Shown in pieces: positions 25,030 through 38,025 of a stretch of 64,000 nt of DNA. The DNA is from Octopus vulgaris (lineage: Eukaryota): assembly GCA_951406725.2 (NCBI GenBank), contig OX597818.1, positions 49,104,001-49,168,000 on the forward strand, in the 5' to 3' direction. The position numbers and the translations under genes are program-made. Each line of letters opens with the position of its first letter. Within the stretch, counting starts at the first letter, position 1. A model generated the notes under the pieces. The model was not told the origin of the DNA. It did no database searches and worked only from the letters and a program-made list of their open reading frames with translations.

Positions 25030-26093
25030 TTTTGGCTAAGTTTGGCCAGTTAAACCCTTTAGCATTCAGATTAGGTGCCTTTTATGTGGCACCAGCACAA
25101 GTTTTAGCACTTTCAGCTGACTAATGTTTCTATTTCTAAAGAAAAAAGAACAAAATATTAATTATTTCTAATTTTGGCTCAGGGCCAGCTGTTTTGGCGA
25201 GAGGGGTGAAATTTATTACATCAACCCCAGTGTACTTATTCTATCAATTTCAAATAGATGAAAAGCAAAGTCAACTTCTGTGGAATTTGAACTTGGAATG
25301 TAAAGAGCTGGAAGAAGTGCCATAAAGCATTTTGTCTGGCACCGTAGTAATATAAGATAATAATAGTTTCATTTTTATGGTAGTTTAGCCCTGATCCGGG
25401 AGACTTATGCTCAAAGCTGTACCAGCCTTGGGTTGTCATATCCTTTGTTTTCAAGCATTTAATAAACCATGCCAAAACAGATCTTGCCTATGCAAGTGCC
25501 ATGTAAAAAAAAAAACACTCAATCCACTTGGTAAGATTGTTGATATTAGGATGGGTATCCAGCTGTAAAAAAACCATGCCAAAACAGACAGTGAAGTCTG
25601 GTGCAGTCTTCTGGCTTGCCAGCTCAAGTCAAACCATCCAACCCATACCAGCATGGAAAACAGATGTTAGATGATGATGATGTTGAGTTAACTAAAACGA
25701 TATTTATTCAGTGTATCCTTCCTTTTCCATGACAATAGGGTAGAATTTGAAGAAGATATGGTTGCTATTTCTAGCAAATCAAGCAACCATTTAGAAGCTT
25801 CCTCTAATTTACAAATTCAACAAGGCGACTACTGACTGTTAGTATTTCATTGCACACTTCACAACCTTTGTTTTCACCTCACATTTATTGGAGATTAACT
25901 TGATCTCCCTTGTTGTGTGGGTTGGTATTTCCCAAACTAAGGTCATTTGTCATTCTCTGAAACCTTTTCTAGTGTATATTTCTTACACCACCTCTTTTCG
26001 GTTATAAATTTTATAATCAGATTTCCTTTCATTCTGTTGACACTGAGATTTCAGTGAGAGACTTGTTTTCACTTTTTGCTTTTTTATCTTTGA

Positions 26094-26487
26094 CTAGCAG
26101 TATCGCCCGGTGTTGCTCGGGTTTCTAAGGGAAATAACTATAAAGCCTTTTTAGAGAGTTATAGCCAAAAAATAGCAAAAAATGCATTAAAAATGGAAAA
26201 AAAAATTATGGTAAATTTTTTTTTAAATCGTTGACTCATCGTAGACATTTTTAGAGAGTTACTTCCCTTATATTTAAAAAATATTCATTAAAATGGAAAA
26301 AAATTATGGTAAATTATTTTTTAAATTGTAGACTCATCATAGACGCGCGCTAATACCCAGAAGGGCTTGATATGAATCACGACTATAAGATACCTGGTTT
26401 TGGTTAAACTGCACTGCAAAATGTGGGAGTAGTTAGGAATCTAAATCGGAGTAGACAGACACACAACCTTTTTTTTATATATAAAGA
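26094..26487 (-). mobile_element. Non-autonomous Helitron
   Basis: Minus strand A|TCTTTATATATAAA ... CCCGAGCAACACCGGG hairpin, CTAG|T; same family as 55793-56190. Confidence 0.85.
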
Positions 26488-26689
26488 TATCTCATTGTTG
26501 GCAATTTAGTTTCAGTGAATTAGCAGTTGAAATTTATCTTCCTGTTCAGTTAACCTTAAGTTTTTCTCACTAGATTATTTTTTTGTTTACATCATACGAA
26601 TTTAGAAACTTCGAGAGAGCATGAAATAATTTCTTTTTCACTGTTGAACTCAAAGTAGATGGAACTATAAATGATAATATGTAAATACT

Positions 26690-26875
26690 GGGTTAGGAAG
26701 GGCATCCTGGCATTAGGAAGGGCATCTTGGCGTTAGGAAGGGCATCCAGCCGTAGAAACATTGCCAGATCAGACTGGGCCTGGTGCAGCCTTCTGGCTTT
26801 CCAGACCCCAGTTGGACCGTCCAACCCATGCTAGCATGGAAAGCAGACGCTAAACGATGTTGATGATGATGATGG
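26690..26875 (+). mobile_element. RTE tail fragment with triplicated TTAGGAAGGGCATC
   Basis: Three 20-bp tandem copies, then the standard tail. Confidence 0.85.
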
Positions 26876-27577
26876 GTTAAAAATCCCTTTGGATAGAAAA
26901 AATCAAAGGCTGCTTGTGGGTTGTGAACCCACACATTCAGTAAATATGATTGGGCTAAAGCATTCCTTTGAATTTCTCTGTCCATTTTAGAAACTTTGTT
27001 CTTATTTGTGACAGTTGTAGGTTGTTTATATCATAAGAAATGTAAACACTTTGAGAGAATGTGAAATAATTTATTTTTAATGGTTGAACTCAAAGTGGAT
27101 AACATTAGAAATAATAGTGTTTAAATATTGGGTTAAAAACCTCTTTGTATTATTGTCTGTGATTTTCTGAAGGTGATGTGCTGGCAGAACTGTTAGCATG
27201 CTTAGCTGTCCATTTTGTCCATCTTTCATGTTCTGAGTTCAAATTCCACCAAGATTGACTTTGACTTTCATCCTTTTGGGGTCAATAAAACAAGTACTAG
27301 TCAAATACCAGAGTCAGTGAAATCAGTTTCCCCACTGCCCTCAAAAACTGCTGCAAAAATTCTGAGCTTTTAATCTGCTGCTGGGATCAGAATGAATAAT
27401 TAGTGTTTTCATTGCCTGCTTTCTTTCACTATACTACTGTACACAGCTCTGTGTATCTTTACTATGTACAGTGTTTAGCTTATGCTTTGCATTATGCAGC
27501 ATGGAATTTTGTCAGTGAACAGGTCACGGTCTCAAAGCAACGAAAATATTTTGGCAAATTAAATTTAAATGTTGAAT

Positions 27578-27744
27578 AGGCGCAGGAGTGGCTGTGTGGT
27601 AAGTAGCTTGCTAACCAACCACATAGTTCTGGGTTCAGTCCCACTGCGTGGCATCTTGGGCAAGTGTCTTCTGCTATAGCCCCGGGCCGACCAATGCCTT
27701 GTGAGTGGATTTGGTAGACGGAAACTGAAAAGAAGCCTGTCGTA

Positions 27745-27793
<49 letters not shown>

Positions 27794-27995
27794 TTGTGTG
27801 TCTGTGTTTGTCCCCTTAGCATTGCTTGACAACCGATGCTGCTGTGTTTACGTCCCCGTCACTTAGCGGTTCAGCAAAAGAGACCGATAGAATAAGTACT
27901 GGGCTTACAAAGAATAAGTCCCGGGGTCAATTGCGGTGCTCCAGCATGGCCGCAGTCAAATGACTGAAACAAGTAAGAGTAAAAGAGTAAAGCGA
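27578..27995 (+). mobile_element. SINE family A, full length
   Basis: ggcgcaggagtggctgtgtgg head to aagagtaaaagag tail. Confidence 0.9.
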
Positions 27996-28601
27996 GTAAG
28001 TGAATCTAACAGTTTTGTGTGTTTCTTAAATGGCTTATAAACACCTTCCAGGCTGCAATTGTTTTTGTTCCAGCACACAATCTCAGACCAGGTCACTTGC
28101 TATGCAAGTACATCTCCGTAATTTGTATTTTCTGTTCCATTGAAAGTGCTCTATGCATTGATTTTGTGGGTATAAACAACATTCAGATGTTTGATCAACT
28201 GGGAAACCTAGTCACTGAGATAACATGTGGAATGGTTGAATATTCCACAGACCCATGATATACATTTAACCCATTGCCTGCCATGGGCCCCATTTGGGGA
28301 TCTGCTAAAAACATCTCTTTATATTTGGATAACTTCTCCATTTCTTTTAGAGATCTGTTATTATCTCATCATCATCGTCATCATCATCATCATCTTCATC
28401 ACTTAACATCTGTTTTCCATGCTGGTATGGGTGGGACAGTTTGACAGGAGTCACCAAACCAGAAGGCTGCACCAGGCTCCAGTCTGTTTTGGCATGGTTT
28501 CTTCAGCTGGATGTCCTTTCTAACACCAACCACTTCACAGAGTGTTCTAGGTACATTTTACATAATACCAGCACAAGAAGTGCTTTTACATAAAGAGGTT
28601 T

Positions 28602-28716
28602 TCATTCTTTCTGGTCCTCAACAATCATATCTGGCTGATTAGCCTCAATCTCTTTATCTGTGGTAGTTGACATATCCCAGAGTATGGTTGCTCTGTTATT
28701 TTCTGAGACCTTTTCA
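28602..28716 (-). mobile_element. R4/Dong-like RLE-region fragment
   Basis: ENNRATILWDMSTTTDKEIEANQPDMIVED resembles the EN..ILWD..TD..I.ANRPDI motif. Confidence 0.7.
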
Positions 28717-28839
28717 GATATATTTTTTGCCTTTAGAAAATACCAACAGAAAACTGATGATATTTCATCAAATTTCCTTTTATTCTTATATTTCATCTGC
28801 TCCCACCCCCCTTGTTTACAATTCATTCTCTATCAAAGT

Positions 28840-29300
28840 ATCTTCCTCTCTCTTTCTCTTCAATTTCCCTTTTCTGTTTCAGACTATTTCTCTCTCTTCC
28901 TTTCTCTCTCTCTTTCTCTCTCTTTCTTTTTCTCTTTCTTTTTCTCTCTCTCTTTCTCTCCCTCCCACTCTCTCTCTTTCTCCCCTTCCCCTCTCTCTCA
29001 CATACACACACATCTCTCCCAGCTTCCTGTTTGCAATTCATTGTCTCTTTCACTCTCTTTTTTTTTTGTTCTGTCTGTCTCTGTTTCTCTCTCTCTCTGT
29101 TTTTCATATATACACACTCACACAAACACACACTCACATAAAAACACACACTCACACAATCTTTCTCATTCATCTCTTCCTGTTATTTCTATTTGCCATT
29201 CATTCTTAGTTTATGTTCCCTCTTTCTTTCCCTCTTTAACTTTTGCCATTCTCCCTCCCCTCTTATACACATTCCTCACTCATCCCATCTTCTCTTACTC

Positions 29301-29336
<36 letters not shown>

Positions 29337-29400
29337 TCTCTGTCCCTTCTATTACTTTCTTACTCCCATCTCTTCTCTCCCTCTCATACATCATTCAGTC
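28840..29400. repeat. Low-complexity (TC)n/(CA)n region
   Basis: Directly visible pyrimidine-rich tract. Confidence 0.9.
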
Positions 29401-29749
29401 CATCCTATGCATATTTATTTGCACTTTGGGTGGCAGCTCTTGCTCAACGTTCTTCACTGGTTGTGTCTTCCTCTCTGTTTATTAAAACTACAAACATATC
29501 ATGCATAGTAAAAATAAACAAAACTTTGTACATATTTGCTACCTCTGCTAGTATTTTAAGACAAGGTTCTGAATATTTTGTGGATGTAAATATGTTTAGA
29601 TAGCTCTCCATCTGCTTAATGGAAGACAAAAAGACATTTCCTTAAAAGCTAGCAATAAATACTTTAAATTTCTGAGTATCTGGTGTTGTTTTAAAAACTG
29701 CCATATTATCTAAATATTTTGAAGCCAGCAAAGCAAGCTTTTAATGATC

Positions 29750-30177
29750 TAAATGTGTTTTGCTTCAACATTTTGATGGGCCTCATGGAGGCAAAGTGAC
29801 TGAGTTCCTTTCAAGTGTTGGGCCTCACAGAGGCAATGACCAAGACCTTTGGCACTATGTTGTGCTTGAGAAGAAGACCCATCAAGCCAAGCAAAATTGC
29901 AGCCATGGCAGATACTGGTGTCATGCAAATTGGCACCCATGCAGGTTGCATGTAAACGCACCCCAGTGTCAAACAAATGGCACCCGTGCCAGTGACACAT
30001 AAAAGCACCCATTACACTCTCAGAGTGGTTAGTATTAGGAAAGGCATCCAGCCATAGAAAACCATGCCAAATCATATTGGAATCTAGTGCAGCCTTCCAG
30101 CATGCCATCTCAGTGAAACCGTCCAACCCTTGCCAGCATGGACAACAGACGTTAAATGATGATGATGATGATGATGA
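29750..30177 (+). mobile_element. Older RTE-type 3' end with (GAT)n tail
   Basis: ...AMTKTFG/LWHYVVLEKKT remnant similar to 1480-1560, then GGAAAGGCATCCAGCC tail. Confidence 0.7.
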
Positions 30178-31157
30178 AGCCACTTCATGGTTGCTTGACC
30201 AGCTAGAAATAACTGCCAAATCTCTGTTGTTTTAGACTAAGAGGGATATATTTTGCTGCCAAATTTCTCTCACAAAATACCCTGTTGTCTTGAATAAAGA
30301 GGGGTGCATTTAATAATGTTATCCTAAAAAATAGATGATTTTGTCATGGCTGGAAAACTTGTGATCATAGGTCTTCTGGAATCAAACTGATCTGGGGCTT
30401 AACAAAACTATGATCTATAGTATTTATGTTTCCCAACTGTTTTACTCTGGGAACTCTTGAAATGTATTTTTATATCTCAGAAAACCCCTACATAAAAATT
30501 ATCATTAATTAGTAACCTCACCAGAAGTGAGTTTTCATTAACTGATGAACCTCTAAAACGAATAAGAAACTAGCCATTTCAGTCCTGTTTCTTTAGCGTA
30601 TCAAGAGATAAAACCTGTGGTGCACTAAGAATTAATTAATGCAAAGTTAATTATTGAATGAAGCACCTAAATAAATCATGACAGATGCTCAAAGAACAGC
30701 TGTATTTTTTCTCCCAATGTTCTCTGGAGTGGTTTAATTTGTTTATCAAATATGAAATCTTCTCCCTTCAATGGGTTGACAGTCAGTGTGATTATGATAT
30801 GGTTTGAGAGAATTCTCTTCTTCTGCTATTTTAGTTCTTTGTTTCAACTTTATATTTTACATGTTTGCTTTAGTTATAATCTGAAATATCTTTAGAGGAA
30901 GTTTATTTTTACACAAATTTTACAATTGTGTTCACAATTTTACAACATTTTTATGCTCTGCTAATTTTGCATATGGTTTTAAAAATACCTCTAAAAATAT
31001 AACTTTTGCTTGGACAATTTTCTTGTACAAATTGTTGTAAACATTTGCAGGTATTCTCTGTCTTCCCCTCTCTCTCTCTCTCTAACTCACTCTCACACAC
31101 ACACACACACACGCAGACATCAAGGATGATGATGTGATGATGTTTATATATACATAT

Positions 31158-31331
31158 ACGCGTAGGAGTGGCTGTGTGGTAAGTAGCTTGCTTACCAACC
31201 ACATGGTTCCAGGTTCAGTCCCACTGCGTGGCACCTTGGGCAAGTGACTTCTACTATAGCCTCGGGCCGACCAAAGCCTCATGAGTGGATTTGGTAGATG
31301 GAAACTGAAAGAAGCCCATCGTATATATGTG

Positions 31332-31362
<31 letters not shown>

Positions 31363-31572
31363 ATGTTTGTGTGTCTGTGTTTGTCCCCCCCCCTAACATT
31401 GCTTGACAACCGATGCTGGTGTGTTTACATCCCCTTAACTTAGCGGTTCAACCAAAGAGACTGATAGAATAAGTACTAGGCTTACAAAGAATAAGTCCTG
31501 GGGTCGATTTGCTCGACTAAAGGCGGTGCTCCAGCATGGCCACAGTCAAATGACTGAAACAAGTAAAAGAAA
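31158..31572 (+). mobile_element. SINE family A, full length
   Basis: Consensus match. Confidence 0.9.
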
Positions 31573-31615
<43 letters not shown>

Positions 31616-32038
31616 AGTTCTTCAGTTGTGATAATAATGTCTGGTAAGATAAAAAACACACGTTCTTTTGCACATTTTGCTAAAGTTTCTCTTCTTGTCT
31701 TACAACTGGGACAAAAAAATGTTATGTTTGTCTCTTTAACCTATGGTACACTGTAACATCTCACGGCTACTGAAATACTAAGAAAAAAGGGGAAAAAAAT
31801 CCATGATTTATTACTATGGTAGGGTAAACATGACATTTTCACATATCAGTTGGAACATTATATTTAAAAAAAAAAAGAGGGGAAGTATATGAAGAAGGAG
31901 GTTGAGGGGCAAAACAGCAAAGGAGATAAATGTCTGAGATTATGTTAGAGTAATAACTCATGATAAAATTACCATAATTGTTTTTATTATTATTTTTTTT
32001 TGTAGTACAGTACTACGTTGGTTTTCGAACACCTTTAA

Positions 32039-32410
32039 TCTCTCTATATATAAACGGCAAAATGTGTGTGTGTGTGTGTGCATGTCCTTTATACAAATCC
32101 ACAATTTTTCAGTTAGAGGGCTCGCACTTTCTGTCGTCATTCAAAACCGTCCAAAGGTGGTTGTGCACATCTTTACATTTCCCCAGTCATCCCGCAAAGC
32201 CATTAAAAAATCAATAGAAGTGACATTTTTGTGAATTTTCTATCCAAAACCCAATGAAAATGCCTGAAACTTGATACACCAATTGAATGCCAGCTAGCTG
32301 TATGTGATTGGTCGGAGATCTGGACAGTACTCGCGTGTATGTGCGCATGCATGGAGCTGTATATGCATGCACTAGCACTATGACCCGGCGTTGCTGGGTC
32401 ATAGTGCTAG
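32039..32410 (+). mobile_element. Non-autonomous Helitron (second family)
   Basis: A|TCTCTCTATATATAAAC ... terminal hairpin, CTAG|T; reverse copy at 48595-48955. Confidence 0.82.
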
Positions 32411-32802
32411 TTACAAATAAATCATGCTTTAAACTACTGTATCAGATGAATATGAGAAAGACGGGAGATAAAGCACGATTTATTCATCATCAGAGGTGTT
32501 CAAAAACCGAGGTACTACTGTATATATATATCATTCTGCTGTAGAGCTTTCAAGGTTTGAATAACTCTTTCTACTATAGACCCAAAGCCCAAAATTTGGA
32601 GGGATAGGGGTTAGTTGATTACATTGATACCATTACTCAGTTGGTACTTATTTTATTATTTCAACAGGGATGACCAGTAAAGTCAACCTTGGTGGAATTT
32701 TAACTCAGAACATAAAGCTAGAAGAAGCACTGCTAAGCATTTTGTCCAGTGAGCTAATGATTCTTCCACCTCATCTCCTTCAAGATTAGTATAATACAAC
32801 TG

Positions 32803-33456
32803 TTGTGTCTGGGGAGAGTCATTTTCTTTTTGTGCCTTATAATGTAACACACTCACTGGTAAAATTTCTACTTATTTCTTATTTTTATTGTCCTAAAATT
32901 TTCGTTGCGTCTTGCAACCTTTTCAATAGTCTTGACTCTGTCCGTTATTTACGCTGCGTTCATTTTTGTTTGTTTGTACACATGTGTGGGTCTGTGTGTG
33001 TGTGTTTGTGCCTATGCATGCATGTATGTATGCACGTGTGTATGTATGTTTGCATGTGTATGTATGTGTATGCATATACATATGTATGTATGTATATATG
33101 TATGTTTGCATGTGTATGTATGTATATATATATATATATATATACATATATACACATGCAAACATACATACACACATACATACGTACATGCATACATGCA
33201 TATGCACACACATGTGCACAAACAAACAAAAAAGAATGCAGTGTAAATAACGAACAGAGTCAAAACTATTGAAAAGGTTGCAAGACGTAATGAAAATTTT
33301 AGGAAAATAAAAATAAGAAATAAGTGGAAATTTTACCGGCGAGTGTGTTACATTATAAGGCAAAAAAAAGAAAATGACTCTCCCCAGACACAGAAGAATA
33401 TTCTTCAACACACGAACTCAAATAAAGAATCTTGCAAACCAAATCCAAAAACGAAA
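32803..33456. mobile_element. PLE-like inverted-repeat insertion with 13-bp TSD, one-sided tail and U3-A8 hammerhead motifs
   Basis: IR spans 32803-33392, tail to 33456, TSD tataatacaactg (32790-32802, 33457-33469). Confidence 0.8.
32893..32929 (-). ncRNA. Variant hammerhead motif (UUGAAAA core)
   Basis: CTA-TTGAAAA-G-GTTGC aagac GCAAC-GAAA-ATTT-TAG; copies at 33266-33302 (+) and 37053-37089 (+). Confidence 0.6.
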
Positions 33457-33983
33457 TATAATACAACTGATTCCTAATTACCGTATCTCTATACCAGGTG
33501 TATGGTCATAGTATCCGTTCAAACCAATTGAGGGAGCCCCTATAAGGTTGTTTACATTCCTAGAAATGACAACCAAATTTCCTTCAATGACACTACCATC
33601 CTAGAAATGATACACTGGAAAGTGATTGGAAAGTCATAGCTAAAATGTTGTTGATCCTGGATTTGATCTGAGGCTTTATAACACCATCGGATTTGATCTG
33701 GGGCTTTATTACACCATCATCATAGATTTCCTACATCTGTTGCACCACATTTCATTCGTTCATTAATTCATACTTTCATTTGTTCATTATCATTCCATGC
33801 CTGATTTTCAAGTTGGCAAGTAAAAGAGTAAAGAGTAAATGTACTGAAAATCAGTGCACAGATATCTAAAGTTTTAGTCATACCTTTTGTTAGTTTATAT
33901 TCGATGCTTTAAAGAAGCAAAGTTTATATTCTGTTCAATCAGAAATATTAAGAAGAATTCTTTTTCTTTTTTTTTTTTTTCAG

Positions 33984-34078
33984 TAGCACCAACTCTCAAG
34001 CTTCACCTTATGACAGTTTCAATGATGCTTGGCAGGTTTAATGTATTTCAGAGACAAAATCCATATGAAAAACAACAG
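33984..34078 (+). other. Candidate internal exon (95 nt)
   Basis: Long poly-T + cag acceptor, CAG|gtaagt donor, open frame APTLKLHLMTVSMMLGRFNVFQRQNPYEKQQ. Confidence 0.5.
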
Positions 34079-34330
34079 GTAAGTTTATACTAACATAGTT
34101 AATATATTGGCCATTGAAAAGCTAACTTGAAATAAGTAAAGAGGAGCAAAGAAAGAGAGGTTATGGGTTCACAACTGGTATAATTGCAATGATGTGAAAA
34201 AGAACTTAGTACTGTTAATAATATTGGAATAGACTCAGCTTTGAATAAATTTGTGTGTATGTGTGTGTTTATATATATAGAGGTTGGACAAAATAATAGA
34301 AACACCTTAAAATTTCAAACAATTTATTCT

Positions 34331-34557
34331 ATATTTAAGAGATGAGGTATTATTTACATTATTTACATTTGACAGATATTTGTCTTCATCTTGTTTGTTG
34401 TTAACACAATGTTTCGGTTGATACACCCTTCAGTCTTCATCAGGTGTCTTGGGGAAATTTCGAACCTGATGAAGGCTGGAGGGTATATCAGCCAAAACAT
34501 TGTGTTAACAGCAAACAAGATGAGGACAAATATCCGTCAAATGTAACTAATGTAAAT
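34331..34557. mobile_element. PLE-like inverted repeat with two hammerhead motifs nested in Tc1
   Basis: 94-bp arms 34352-34445 and 34464-34557; motif ACAC-CTGATGA-A-GGCTG..CAGCC-GAAA-CATT-GTGT (composite of both arms); probable TSD aatttattYt. Confidence 0.78.
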
Positions 34558-34715
34558 TTATTTTAATATGGGGTAGGACTGCCTTTGGCAGTAATTACAG
34601 TTTGAATTCTATGAGATATGGACTTGTACAAAGTTTGAATTGTTTCCAAAGGAATTTTTGTCCATTATTCAGCTAAAACAGTCTCCAATTCTTGTAGTAA
34701 TGATGGTGAAGCATA

Positions 34716-35590
34716 TCAATTCCTTACTTGTTTTTCTAAAATGCACCATAAATGTTCAATAATATTGAGATCTGGGGACTGTTGTGGCCAGACAAGATGT
34801 TCAACTTCACTAGAATGTACCTTGTGCCATTCAGTAACAACTTTGACTGTGCCAATTGGTGCATTATCATCCTGAAAGATTGTGTTTCCCCCCGGAAACA
34901 GTTCCACAATTTGATCAGATAAAATGCTTAAATAGTCTTGACTATTAATTCTGCCCTGAAGGGAAGCCATTGGGCTGGCGGGTTTCCAAGATATAGCCCC
35001 CTAGATCATCACAGATCCTCCTCTATGTTTAACAGTTGGAAGAAGGCAGTCTGGGTCAAATGCTTCTTTTGGCTGTCTCCACATGTATACTTGGCTGGTG
35101 GTCAGAAATAAGGTAAAGGATGACTTGTCCAAGAAAACATTCTTCCCCTACTCTAAGGACCAATTCTGTAGGTTTTTACTCCACTCTAAACGCTTTGCAA
35201 CATTTATTTTTGAAAGTAGTGGTTTTCTGATTGCAGCACTCCTGTGAAATCCAGCTTTGTGCAGCTCCTGGCAAATAGTTTTTATGGAAACCAAGTTCTT
35301 GAGATGGTCATTAAGCTCTGCAGTAATTTTGGGAGCTGTACTTTTGTGATCCTTTCTAACAATTCGCATAAGAGTTCGACAGTCCCTATCTGAAAGTTTT
35401 GGTTTTCTTCTGGAGTTTTGTTTTGACGAGGAGGTTTTTCCCTCCTTCTCATAGGCTATCATTACTTTCGAGACAGTACTTCTTGATACACCAAACATTT
35501 CAGCTGTTTTCATTACACTAGCGCCTGCCATATGAGCACCAACAATTTGACCTCTTTGAAAGTCAGATAGAATTTTAATTACCTTTTTCT
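34716..35590 (-). pseudogene. Tc1 DD34E-type transposase pseudogene
   Basis: LSDFQRGQIVG...GVSRSTVSK (HTH), RKPLLS, FQDDNAP, WPQQSPDLNIIEHLW; interrupted by stops and frameshifts. Confidence 0.9.
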
Positions 35591-36721
35591 GATGACATCT
35601 GAAAAGAAACAACAATTTTAGCAAAACATATTAAGCAACATTAATAATAAATCAAAAAACATAATAATAAACAAGCTTTTGACAGTTTTATAGATATTTC
35701 AAAATTATGATGCAAGGTGTTTCCATTATTTTGTCCAACCCCTGTACATATATATATATATATATATAATCATATACTTATACTGAATTTATATTTCTTT
35801 ATTATTATTTTTTTGGGGGGGACCTTAAAGCTCATAAGCTAAGTTACCTGATTTCTATGACATATAACTGTTCAAGAATTCTGCTGAATGGGATACTAGG
35901 CCATTGCAGGGTTCAAGGCCAGCAACTTTTGAGGGGGCAGCCAAGTTGATTACATTGATTCTAGTACTTGATCAGTACTTTATTTTATCAACCACAAAGG
36001 GATCAAAGACAAGGTTGCCCTTGTTAGAATTTGAACTTAGAAAGTAAAAAACCGGAAGAAATGCTGCTGTTTCATCAGGATATGCTAAGAATTCTGCCAG
36101 CTTGCCACCATTGTGGTATAGCTTGTATAAATGTTGTAGATAATTATTAATTATAAACAAAGGAATTAAGTAAGTGGAGCATGTGGTAAACCGAAGGAAA
36201 TGTATATCTAGATTTACACACCAGATTGTTTCTTTCTAATTGAACCAGTATTTAAATATCTGTCACCCCAATCTGTTACTTTAAAATATATCATATGTTG
36301 TAATTTGCCATTTCTGTTGGTGCATGTGATCTTTCACTGATAATTGTTGCAGATACAGTCTCATTAATTTTATATTGTAAAAGCTTTCTGGGCTTTTCCC
36401 ATTTCTTTTTTTTTTTTTTTTGTTCTTGTGCAAACTATATTTCTATAATTAAGGAATAGTTTTAATCCATTGTAGTGTCCTAAATTAAATGACCTTATCT
36501 ACTACATTGATAACTCTGTAACTCCAGTTCTGGTGTTGGATTTTGAACTGTGTCCATGCAGGGGCTCTATGATAAAAGAGTTTTTAGCAAATCATATTGT
36601 TCACACCCACTCAATAATAACTCAGCTTGGCACTTATTTTATTAATTTCTGTTTATTAAATGGCCAAGTCTTCTCTTTTGGGGCTCATAAGGACATAACT
36701 AAACATCCTGGTAGAAGCTAG

Positions 36722-36827
<106 letters not shown>

Positions 36828-37043
36828 TCCAGGAAAGGCATAATGTCACAACTTTAGCCAGCTGTATATGGCAAACAGAATACGAAAAAGCAATGCTGTA
36901 CAACATCAACTGGAGGTTGCTGGAAAGTCTAGGGTTATCTTAATAGAAGTAGAAGATCCAGGCTCTGCTTGGCAGGGAGGAGGATCAGGCTAAAAAATTC
37001 ACATGATCCAACTACTTTCATGAACTCAAAAAGTGAAATTTTT

Positions 37044-37238
37044 GAGTCAAGACTATTGAAAAGGTTGCAAGACACAATGAAAATTTTAGGAAAATAAAAA
37101 TAAGAAATAAGTGGAAATTTTACTGGTGAGTGTGTTAAATTATAAGGCACAAAAAGAAAATGACTCTCCCTAGACACAACAGAATATGCTTCAACACACA
37201 AACTCATATAAAGAATCTTGCAATCCAAAAACGAAATT
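37044..37238 (+). mobile_element. Single-arm copy of the 32803-33456 PLE-like family
   Basis: Collinear with 33257-33456 including the tail. Confidence 0.85.
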
Positions 37239-37697
37239 TAAAATAGATAAATAAATAAATGAATCAATTGAGAGAAGAATTGAACTCAAACCTAGAAAGG
37301 CATTTGGTCTTGTGTTCAGCTTTTTTTTTTCAGTAAAATTAGTGTTAAATGTTTAATGCAGTTAGCATTTAAAAACTACTGTATTTTGATGGTATAAAAG
37401 ATACACAGGCATATTAGATGTACCCCAATTTTAGTAGCACATATTCAGGAGAAAGTGTACCAGATACAAAATTAGCTTATGGGTGGCACAACTTTTACTT
37501 ATAGGATCTAGTGTGATTTTTTTAAAGCATTTTGTTGAAAAAAAATGTGTCTTATATTCCATCAAATACGGTGATGAGAAAAGTGAGGAAAGACATTGTT
37601 AGTTGGTGACTAGTGTACCAGTAAAGTCCTGGGGGTCAGTATCTTAGACCACATGGTTGGGAAGCAAACTTGTCGACCACACACCTTCTTCACATAC

Positions 37698-38025
37698 AAC
37701 ATCATCATCATCATCATTGTTTAACATCTGCTTTCCATGCTAACATGGGTTGGACAGTTCAACTGGGGTCTGAGAAGCCAGAAGGCTGCACCAGGCCCAG
37801 TCTGATCTGGCAGTGTTTCTACAGCTGGATGCCCTTCTTAATGCCAACCACTCCGTGAGTGTAGTGGGTGCTTTTTACGTGCCATCTGCATAGGTGCCAG
37901 ACGAGGCTGGCAACGGCCACGATCGGATGGTGCTTTTTACGTGCCACCGGCACGGAGGCCAGTCGGGGTGGCGCTGGCAACGGCCACGTTCGGATGGTTC
38001 TTTTACTTGCCACTAGCACTGGTAT
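37698..38025 (-). mobile_element. RTE 3'-tail element
   Basis: (ATC)n then reverse-complement tail with ~60-bp units. Confidence 0.85.

Larger units (their letters stand above)
34278..35744 (-). mobile_element. Decayed Tc1-family DNA transposon
   Basis: 31-bp TIRs (34278-34308, 35714-35744; CAGGGGTTGGACAAAATAATGGAAACACCTT), TA flanks, transposase remnants. Confidence 0.93.

Noticed and set aside
27500-27560. gcaacgaaaatattt resembling the 3' half of the U3-A8 motif
   Set aside because: Core and stem II are not recoverable
28019-28258. 79-aa ORF in non-repetitive sequence
   Set aside because: No recognisable motif or splice signals on either strand
28660-29603. Longest ORFs (up to 282 aa)
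   Set aside because: Read-through of (TC)n/(CA)n low-complexity sequence, open in several frames on both strands
32805-33411. Cluster of overlapping ORFs
   Set aside because: Produced by the microsatellite centre of the inverted repeat
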